A DNA stretch of 28,443 nucleotides, taken from positions 1 to 28,443 of IMG/VR virus record IMGVR_UViG_3300005805_000350; one strand, written 5' to 3'. This stretch comes from a virus (lineage: Duplodnaviria > Caudoviricetes). The notes under the pieces were generated by a model that was given only the letters and a program-made list of their open reading frames with translations, was not told the origin of the DNA and made no database searches. Below are positions 21,130-28,443 of this stretch, piece after piece (positions within the stretch are counted from its first letter, which is position 1; every line of letters begins with the position of its first letter). Both the position numbers and the translations under genes were made by a program.

Positions 21130-23942
21130 TTTTTGGTTTCTTTCTTTATGCTGTTATAATCTCTAAGTAGATTCAACCCCATATTTTCTAAGCTGTCAAT
21201 TTCTTCCTTTACTTTTTTAACAGCCATTGGGTTATCGCTGAAACGTGCGCTGCCATCTGGATCCATATCTTTTTCCTCACCAGCAACATCACCGTCGCCA
21301 CCTTTGGTTTGTGCTTGGATTGGCAACACAGTTTCATCTGGTGTAGTGCTAGCTTCATAACGTGAATCTTTTTCTTCATCTACGGCCTGCACGGTTACAG
21401 GAGTAGCTTGTGCTTGCATACCAGACAATGTCAGCATCTGCATCAAATCATCAGCTGCCTGTCCAGTGGCGTTAATGTTAACGCTCTTTTCTCCCATGCT
21501 GCTCATAGTAGTGGTTACGTCCATACGGCTCTGCTGTTGGCTGCTTTGACCTGATATTGGACTCATATCACCACATTCAGCTAATCCTGCCAAACGTTTC
21601 ATTTCATTGATACCATCATCCTCTTTAACAGGATATTCCTTACCACCAACTGTGATTTTTTCACCTGGTTGAATGCCGTCTTTTTTCGCATCTACTACCG
21701 CTTTGCTGAATGCGTTGCCTTCTTCCATATCATCCTCACCCATATAATCTTCTGGACGACGATCACCTACATAAGGAAACAATTCATCTAGTTTATTATT
21801 GATCCACTCGTAAGGATCACCATCTCTAGCTTGTGCTGTACCGTATGGCATCTTGTCCATATAATATGACATTAATTGATCCATAATTGCTTCGCTAGGA
21901 CCTTGTCCTTGTTCTAACTGTGCTATCAACTCATCATAAGTATCGTCGCCTAGATGTTTCTTAAGTTGATGTTGTTCGTATCCCAAAGCTGATTTTTCAA
22001 CTTCAGGATCCATAGCTTCATTAACCATTCTGTCAATCTTTGAAGTTGATTCTTTCATTTTGTGTACTGCGCTAGGTTTAGCTTTGGCTTTAGGTTTCTC
22101 ACCACCACCCATGGCTTTTGATAATGCGTCTGGGCTATATTTGGCCACATGTCCCGTAATGTCAGAACCTTTCTTTGGACGACCACGTCCTTTTTTCTTA
22201 GCTGGTTCTGCTTTTTTGCCATCGTCCTCGTCATCATCACCTTGATATTCAGTACCATACTTGCCCTTATGTACACGAACTTCTTCAGCCATTTTCTTTT
22301 TCTTAGCATCTTTTGCTGCTTTTTTCATTGGCTCTTTTTTGTTGCCATCTTTGTCAAGATCTAGAAAGTCTGGACGTTTGCCTTCTTCTATGCCTTGTTC
22401 CTTAAGGTTGTAGTCGGGGCCCGATGCAGTACCACCAACATGTTGAGCCATTTGTCGCATTCCAGCTGTGTTTATTGTTTGGGTTCTCTTTAGTCTATTT
22501 GGATATTTTTTTGCGAACGCTATTAACTGACGGGCTGTATTTTCATCGTATGTTTCTACACTACTTGCGTCAGGATCAACTTCTGCCCCGTTCATATTGG
22601 CAATTTGATCAATCAATGTATCATCTAAGATAGCAAATGTATGTTTCATAAGGCCGTCTTCCGCCATACTTTGCTTATTTTTTTGTAGATAGAAATAGGC
22701 CTTTAGTATTGCTTTTGGTCTAAAAATTTCTTCATAAAAACCAGGAGAAATTTCCTTAGCACGCTCTTTGGCAATCATCAATATTTTTTGGACATCTTTT
22801 TTAGTCAAATTTGGATTTTTTTCTAAAACATAATCTGCGTATATTTTTGACATATAATCTTGGGTCACATCATAATCCTCAGATCCTTCCGCCACACCTT
22901 GCGGACCTTTAATTGCTTGCAATAAGGCACGAGCCACAACACGGTCTTTTTCCTGCTCATCATTGTCTAATTGAGCATAGTTTATTTTCATCAACTTAGC
23001 TCTTTGCTGTAACTTTGCATCGAGTTTGCCTGCTTGACGTAGTTTTTCTGTATCATCAAATTGATCTGGATTTGCGACAAATTTTTGTGCGGTAACATTC
23101 CACCCTTTGTGAATAGCATCAGCTATTTGCTCGATATCTGTTACACCAGAATCAATCATTTTCTTGGCGTAGGTAGCTGACATCATATTAGCCTGCCAAC
23201 CAAACGTATTACCAGGACTGCTACGACCGTATCCGTAGGCCTTGTCTAATGCTTCGTCACTGATAGTGGCCAATTGTTGGATAGATAAATTGGTATCTTC
23301 AGCTATTTTCTTTTTCTTTTTCTTGGCATCTTTGGCAGCGTTGGATATTGTTTCTTTTGTGTTATTATCATTATCTACATCTGGATAGTCTGGGCGTTTG
23401 CCTTCTTCTATACCTTCGCCATAATAAGTTGAACTAATTGAATGCCTGAAATCAACTTTACCAGTCATCGGGTCATATTGGTGTGAATTAGTGTCACCAT
23501 AATCATATTCGTGTTGTATGAAGTAGCCATTGTTTGGTGTTTTGCTAAATGTTATTTTGCCATCACCATACATTTTTTTCATCTGTGCTCTGGCAATTTC
23601 TTTTGGTCTAGATGATTTGGGTGTTGCCTCCAATTCTGGACGTTTGCCTTCCGACACACCTTGTTCATCAATCTTCTTAGCAATTTTATGTGCTTTCTTA
23701 ATAGTACTTTTCTTTAAAGGTGGTTTATCACCAGTAGACTTCATTGCCTGTGCCATACCAATAGCATATGGATTTTTGGCTTGCTTCTTTTCGCTCAGTG
23801 TTTTTGTTTCATCAAGCTTTTTAGCTAAAACCTGCTCCATACTTTCTTGCAGTTGAGTCTTAGCTACGGGTTTAGTTTCCACCTTAGCAGGCTCTTGTGC
23901 TACTTTGTTAAAACTGGCTAAAATTTTATAAATGTCGTTCAT
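21126..23942 (-). CDS. Large modular head-internal/scaffold-like polyprotein (938 aa)
   Basis: Repeated QG(V/I)xEG linkers, KRPD..DxDxD repeats, AT-hook GRGRPKK, RyR-like module, MKRLAGL. Confidence 0.8.
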   Translation of the reverse strand: MNDIYKILASFNKVAQEPAKVETKPVAKTQLQESMEQVLAKKLDETKTLSEKKQAKNPYAIGMAQAMKSTGDKPPLKKSTIKKAHKIAKKIDEQGVSEGKRPELEATPKSSRPKEIARAQMKKMYGDGKITFSKTPNNGYFIQHEYDYGDTNSHQYDPMTGKVDFRHSISSTYYGEGIEEGKRPDYPDVDNDNNTKETISNAAKDAKKKKKKIAEDTNLSIQQLATISDEALDKAYGYGRSSPGNTFGWQANMMSATYAKKMIDSGVTDIEQIADAIHKGWNVTAQKFVANPDQFDDTEKLRQAGKLDAKLQQRAKLMKINYAQLDNDEQEKDRVVARALLQAIKGPQGVAEGSEDYDVTQDYMSKIYADYVLEKNPNLTKKDVQKILMIAKERAKEISPGFYEEIFRPKAILKAYFYLQKNKQSMAEDGLMKHTFAILDDTLIDQIANMNGAEVDPDASSVETYDENTARQLIAFAKKYPNRLKRTQTINTAGMRQMAQHVGGTASGPDYNLKEQGIEEGKRPDFLDLDKDGNKKEPMKKAAKDAKKKKMAEEVRVHKGKYGTEYQGDDDEDDGKKAEPAKKKGRGRPKKGSDITGHVAKYSPDALSKAMGGGEKPKAKAKPSAVHKMKESTSKIDRMVNEAMDPEVEKSALGYEQHQLKKHLGDDTYDELIAQLEQGQGPSEAIMDQLMSYYMDKMPYGTAQARDGDPYEWINNKLDELFPYVGDRRPEDYMGEDDMEEGNAFSKAVVDAKKDGIQPGEKITVGGKEYPVKEDDGINEMKRLAGLAECGDMSPISGQSSQQQSRMDVTTTMSSMGEKSVNINATGQAADDLMQMLTLSGMQAQATPVTVQAVDEEKDSRYEASTTPDETVLPIQAQTKGGDGDVAGEEKDMDPDGSARFSDNPMAVKKVKEEIDSLENMGLNLLRDYNSIKKETKK
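22381..23663 (-). repeat. Dispersed 17-bp CAAGGTGTGGCGGAAGG-like repeats delimiting cassettes
   Basis: Copies at 22381-22397, 22657-22673, 22885-22901, 23401-23417, 23647-23663. Confidence 0.65.
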
Positions 23943-23946
23943 GATA

Positions 23947-24561
23947 TTACCTTCCGTTACCTGCTGGCATCTTTTTTGCTACTGGAATTTTATTTTGATG
24001 TGTACCAATTGGACTCATGTTGCCCATTGGTAACTCATTGGTTGTTTTGGCTTGTTTGGTATCACCACCTGCTGTCTCAGGATATTGATACTTGCGAGTT
24101 TCCTCCAGTTCTTTAATCAAACTAGGAATACGTGCATCACCAACTAGATCCTTATCTGCTGGTTCTGCTTTCATAACATCATCCAACAATACTGGCTCAC
24201 CGTCTTGATTACTTTGTTCTTTACCATCCAATGCTGCTTCATATGGACTATGTGTTGGAGTTACCTTTACACAAGCTTGATTTAAACAGCATCCTTCTGC
24301 TACTAATAAACGAACCTGCTCGTCATTGCAGGGATAGTGAAGTACAACATCAATTATATTAATTTCAACTGGACCCATGTTTGGAAACTGTGGACTTTCC
24401 TGTATTGGTAAACGTTTTGGCTTGCTTAGACTGTCTACCTTGTACATTTCTAGCACAATTTTCATCTTATCCAGCATCTCACTGGTTACTTCACCAGCGA
24501 TTCTTATTCTAAAGTCAAAGGTTCTGTGACTCTCTGTAAGGTATTTTTTAAAGGTTTTCAT
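23947..24561 (-). CDS. Hypothetical protein with T4 capsid-targeting-like N-terminus
   Basis: MKTFKKYLTE vs T4 internal-protein CTS MKTYQEFIAE. Confidence 0.78.
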   Translation of the reverse strand: MKTFKKYLTESHRTFDFRIRIAGEVTSEMLDKMKIVLEMYKVDSLSKPKRLPIQESPQFPNMGPVEINIIDVVLHYPCNDEQVRLLVAEGCCLNQACVKVTPTHSPYEAALDGKEQSNQDGEPVLLDDVMKAEPADKDLVGDARIPSLIKELEETRKYQYPETAGGDTKQAKTTNELPMGNMSPIGTHQNKIPVAKKMPAGNGR

Positions 24562-24601
24562 AACTAATCCTATTATGTTATATTTAGCAATTTTTGATAT
24601 T

Positions 24602-25090
24602 TTACCTAGGCTTATTTAGGATTTGCGCTAGTAAAGCATTGCGATCCAATACGTGTCCTTCGCCTTCTATAGGCGTGTCAGAACCTGCACCATCCTGCCT
24701 CATTTGGTGGTCTAAACGCATCTTTTTTAACTGTAGATCTACCATGCGCAGTTTTTTATCCAACTTTGCTTGTTTCGCACTAATGGCATGCCCTAATAAT
24801 ACCCCTGCGGTTTGAAACACAGTACCGCTAAATCTAGCTTCCATATTCATGCCCAAATCCATTAAATCATTGAACTTATCTTTAGCTAGGGTAGCCAATT
24901 CATCCAACTCGGTATCACTGGCGTCTAAATCACGTACTCTAGGCAGTGCTTCATCAATCTTATCTATAGTTTTATCTATATCTTTAAAAACCTGTTGTTG
25001 ATCTGCTAGTGCAGTTTGGGCTTCTGCAGGGGTTACATCTTCTGGCAAATTCTCAGGTAGGTTAAATAATTCAGTTAGTTTTTTCGTCAT
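24602..25090 (-). CDS. Putative terminase small subunit (gp16-like)
   Basis: 162-aa helical/coiled-coil protein in morphogenesis cluster; size and pattern only. Confidence 0.5.
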   Translation of the reverse strand: MTKKLTELFNLPENLPEDVTPAEAQTALADQQQVFKDIDKTIDKIDEALPRVRDLDASDTELDELATLAKDKFNDLMDLGMNMEARFSGTVFQTAGVLLGHAISAKQAKLDKKLRMVDLQLKKMRLDHQMRQDGAGSDTPIEGEGHVLDRNALLAQILNKPR

Positions 25091-25100
25091 AGTATATTAT

Positions 25101-25535
25101 TTAACGTTTTTTGCCTTGATGAAATATTTGATCCTCGCTAACCACTCTAAAAGTAAGCCCGTTTGCTGCACAGTATTTCCTAGCTGCTTCCCATTTATAC
25201 ATATTTAGAGCCACCATTGCTTTATCCCTAGTAGACTTAGCTGCCTCTAACATAGTTTCTTTTTTGGGTTTGACTTCAACTACCTCTGCGTGCCTAACAC
25301 CATTCTTATCTTCATAAATTATAAGAAAGTCTGGCACATAGATAGTATTTTTGTTGGTAAAGGGGTTTCTATAGTTGATGTGTATTGCTTCACTAGCCCA
25401 TTGTAATATAGCTGGATTGTTATCTAAAAAAGTACAGAAGACATGTTCCCAAGAGGATCTATAATGAGGTGGTTTCTTGCCGATATACTTTTGCGGATTT
25501 TTAACTTGATATATTCCGTTGGCATACTTACTCAT
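25101..25535 (-). CDS. Head completion nuclease (T4 gp4-like, TnsA-type PD-(D/E)xK)
   Basis: NPQKYIG, YRSSWE, WASE, YVPDF, VEVKP, KWEAA. Confidence 0.88.
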   Translation of the reverse strand: MSKYANGIYQVKNPQKYIGKKPPHYRSSWEHVFCTFLDNNPAILQWASEAIHINYRNPFTNKNTIYVPDFLIIYEDKNGVRHAEVVEVKPKKETMLEAAKSTRDKAMVALNMYKWEAARKYCAANGLTFRVVSEDQIFHQGKKR

Positions 25536-25542
25536 TATACTC

Positions 25543-25926
25543 TCACGCCAAAATAGTTCTAGATACGTAGAGATTAGATCTAGGAGTAGTTTTTATGGCC
25601 AGCAAGCTAGTGTTAATTCTACTAGTATTCAAATATAAGGTAAGCACAGCATTTAACTGGCCGTTGGGCAAGTTTTGAAACTCACTTAACACTGTCATTG
25701 GATCTTCCCGTTGTGCCTGTGCCGTATCAATAACTGCTTGTGCTAAAAGTTTAGCACTACTAGTATTACCTGTTTGTTGTTCAAAAAAACTAACTATAGC
25801 ATCGTTAGTATTTTGACTAACCGTAAATGGCTCTGTAAAAAAGTTATTAAAATACCTTGTAGTTTGTGTGGTCCCACTGGTATAAAAATTACTAGGTTGT
25901 TCTGGATTATAGATTGGGTTGACCAT
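25543..25926 (-). CDS. Hypothetical protein
   Basis: Tightly packed ORF in structural cluster. Confidence 0.75.
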   Translation of the reverse strand: MVNPIYNPEQPSNFYTSGTTQTTRYFNNFFTEPFTVSQNTNDAIVSFFEQQTGNTSSAKLLAQAVIDTAQAQREDPMTVLSEFQNLPNGQLNAVLTLYLNTSRINTSLLAIKTTPRSNLYVSRTILA

Positions 25927-25939
25927 ACCGTACCTTACC

Positions 25940-28402
25940 TTATTTTTGATTTATTCCAGCTGCTGGGTTGTTCAATGCTGTAATTGGATTACCTTTTGCG
26001 TCTGTGGATCTTAGTCCTGGCTGCATAGGTGCAGCTCCTAATTTTTCACCTTGGCTTGCTGAATACCATTGTGTATATGGATTTGTAATAGGACCTTTAA
26101 CAATATTTTGAACTTCTCCGGTTGCTGACGTTGTAACTACTGTTCCATCCTTATAAGTATAGACTATGTCACCGTTGAGTTGACTTGTCTTACTTATTAC
26201 GTTTTGTTGCGGATATCTAGGATTATATCCACCAGTTCCAACCCAAGTGCCTACAACATTCTGAATACTTCCAGTTACACTATTAACACCTTGCAGTATT
26301 GTTCCAGTAGTTGGATTCCTAATAGGTTGTAGGCCTCCCGGAGCGACATAGTTAGCAATATTTTTTGTTGCTGCACTATCAAATGCTGATCCTATCTGCG
26401 CATTAACCACACTACCACCACCAATGGTGGTAGAGCCTCTACTAACTGATGGAACTAGTCCTGCACCTCGATTTACAACACGAACATTTACCTTATTAAG
26501 AACTGTAATTTGACCAGTTTCAAGGTTGTTATAAAGCTGTGTTTGTGTTGGAAGTGTAATGGCACCCGATGCTGCTAAATCTCTTGTACTAGTAGGATTC
26601 ACATTAGTATTTTGAGGAGGTAAAATATAATTTTCATTATTTTTTGGAGTTGGTGCACTTGAAGATCCTGGATAAATTTGTAGAATTTGATTTTGATTAT
26701 TTCGAATCACTACCGTTCCATCTGCATAAGTTATAGTTCTTATCGCAGGACTTGCAAAACTAAACGAATCTGAAATAATATTATTTTCAGCATAGTTTGA
26801 ATCATACCCGTAGTCATATCCGCCATCAGAATTAAATGTATTATCATTAATAATAGGATCATAACTAAATCCGTCAATCGATCCAACCTGTGTATTATCT
26901 AAACTAAACTCTTCTGATTGGCCAAAATCTTGATAAGAATAAACAGATACTTCACCAGTTATGGGTTGTCCAGTTTCTGAATCAATTGTGATACCGTCAG
27001 ATGGGGTAGTAGTTTGAAATATCTTAGTTACTTCCGCATTTACTTGGTTAACTGCATTATCAATTCCTGTGTTTACGGTTGATGTAAATTCTTCAATTCT
27101 TGTTGTTACGGGGTTAACAATGTTCCTATCTATGTATTGATTAACAGTATTTACACCTCTATTCCAAAGATTGTCAACTGCAGAATTAACTGCTGCAACA
27201 GGTGCTCTGACTATAGCCTGACCAGCTGCCTGCAATGTTCCACCCAAAGTTACTGCATTAGTATTCACTGGATATGGGTAAGGAGATGCTCCTGAAGTTA
27301 ACGCTCCACTAATAGTTCTATCTTCAACTGGCGCTGGTAATTGTGATGATCCATATGGTCCACCATATCCTGGTGTTCCGCTTAAAGTAGGCGCAAATAC
27401 ACTTTTTAGTGTACTATTAATTACACCGTCTAAAACTTTTGCACCAACTTGTCCTAATGCTACGCCAGCGACACTTTTAAAGTTAACATTTTTTAAATTT
27501 TGAAAAGTCCTATAAACGTCTAAAGCTTGACTTGTTAGACCTTTACCACTTCCTGTGTTATCAGGTCTTGCAAGATCTCTAGCACCCCCCGCTAATGTTC
27601 CGATTATTCCAGCATCAGTATAAATGTTAGTAACACTCTTGCTGATTGGACTTGGAAAATTATCATAATTAATGGTACCAAACCCCGGCATTTCTGTTAC
27701 ATTTATAAACCCTGTTTTATATTTTACAGTTTCATATGCCACAGTCATGGTAGCATCAACTATGCCGCTGCTATTAGATGAGTCTAGTTCGCCGTGTCTC
27801 CAATTTGTAATTGTTGGATTAATTAATTCATATTCTGTGAATCTTTTATTATGTAAAGAAAATATCTGTATTGATCTTAAAAATGGAATAAGACTTTGCA
27901 TTCTAGGGGTATATCCCCATTTGTTTCTTAATCTATTTTCATATTTGTGTGGCACACCATATAATTGTTCAGTATAATCACTGTCCCTAAAGTAATATGT
28001 ATAATAATCATTCCAAAAATTTGTTACAATGTCTGCTGCATCATCATGGAATGTTACTGATATTGGATCATAATTTATTTTATTAGTAACAATATTTTTT
28101 CTATTATATGCGTTGTATGTTTTCGTATCAATATTGAACTTTGGCATATCAACACGTTTGGCCAATATACCTGTTTGATATTGTTCTAATAAACTTTGAC
28201 TGCTAATGCTATTACCGCCAAAACTAGCCAACAAACTAGTTAAAGCACTCTCATTAATATTGATGCAAACATAATATAGAAATGATTGTTTAGGTGCAAG
28301 TCTAAATGTATCTGCAATGAATAATTTAGTGGCGTGGGTATAATAATGAGTATATACTCCAGGCGTTAATGGTTTTAAATCAGCGTTGTATAATGAGGCC
28401 AT
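25940..28402 (-). CDS. Tail-tube/baseplate tube-initiator-like protein (gp19/gp54-like N domain) with long G/T/N-rich extension
   Basis: KRVDMPKFNID..YNRK..NYDPISVTFHDD..LINPTIT..TVAYE; start ATG 28402 after TATAAATA. Confidence 0.7.
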   Translation of the reverse strand: MASLYNADLKPLTPGVYTHYYTHATKLFIADTFRLAPKQSFLYYVCININESALTSLLASFGGNSISSQSLLEQYQTGILAKRVDMPKFNIDTKTYNAYNRKNIVTNKINYDPISVTFHDDAADIVTNFWNDYYTYYFRDSDYTEQLYGVPHKYENRLRNKWGYTPRMQSLIPFLRSIQIFSLHNKRFTEYELINPTITNWRHGELDSSNSSGIVDATMTVAYETVKYKTGFINVTEMPGFGTINYDNFPSPISKSVTNIYTDAGIIGTLAGGARDLARPDNTGSGKGLTSQALDVYRTFQNLKNVNFKSVAGVALGQVGAKVLDGVINSTLKSVFAPTLSGTPGYGGPYGSSQLPAPVEDRTISGALTSGASPYPYPVNTNAVTLGGTLQAAGQAIVRAPVAAVNSAVDNLWNRGVNTVNQYIDRNIVNPVTTRIEEFTSTVNTGIDNAVNQVNAEVTKIFQTTTPSDGITIDSETGQPITGEVSVYSYQDFGQSEEFSLDNTQVGSIDGFSYDPIINDNTFNSDGGYDYGYDSNYAENNIISDSFSFASPAIRTITYADGTVVIRNNQNQILQIYPGSSSAPTPKNNENYILPPQNTNVNPTSTRDLAASGAITLPTQTQLYNNLETGQITVLNKVNVRVVNRGAGLVPSVSRGSTTIGGGSVVNAQIGSAFDSAATKNIANYVAPGGLQPIRNPTTGTILQGVNSVTGSIQNVVGTWVGTGGYNPRYPQQNVISKTSQLNGDIVYTYKDGTVVTTSATGEVQNIVKGPITNPYTQWYSASQGEKLGAAPMQPGLRSTDAKGNPITALNNPAAGINQK

Positions 28403-28420
28403 ACATATATTTATATGAAT

Positions 28421-28443
28421 AAAAAAGCCCACAATTGTGGGCT
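28421..28443 (-). terminator. Intrinsic terminator of upstream unit
   Basis: AGCCCAC-AATT-GTGGGCT-TTTTT. Confidence 0.65.

Noticed and set aside
10808-27977. Antisense or alternate-frame ORFs inside large genes (e.g. 10808, 13950, 15749, 16533, 20894, 23530, 27672)
   Set aside because: Fully nested in well-supported minus-strand genes with no independent signals.
10183-28402. Stop-codon reassignment
   Set aside because: Core genes are intact under the standard code, use TAA and TGA stops, and no suppressor tRNA is seen in this window.

Overview
Segment of a large, AT-rich T4-like/jumbo dsDNA phage genome, almost entirely encoded on the minus strand. Bases 1-10140 are a tRNA island: 27 tRNA genes for 17 amino acids (the leftmost cut by the window edge; Lys, Arg and Val not seen here). 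They are interleaved with many non-tRNA structured RNAs (circularly permuted YrlA-like tRNA mimics, CCA-ended micro/minihelices, a tmRNA-TLD-like RNA, a terminal-stem RNA family and a clear hammerhead ribozyme), homing endonucleases, sigma70 promoters, boxA sites and a few enzymes. At the head of the island a 48-codon leader ORF uses all 20 amino acids and overlaps an antiterminator for an intrinsic terminator, suggesting a pan-tRNA-sensing attenuator. Bases 10183-28443 carry sugar-nucleotide enzymes, uvsY/uvsX/gp32-like genes, terminase subunits, putative head-internal proteins (one looks like a cassette polyprotein), a gp4-like nuclease and a tail-tube-like protein. All calls were made by eye; no database searches or folding programs were run.
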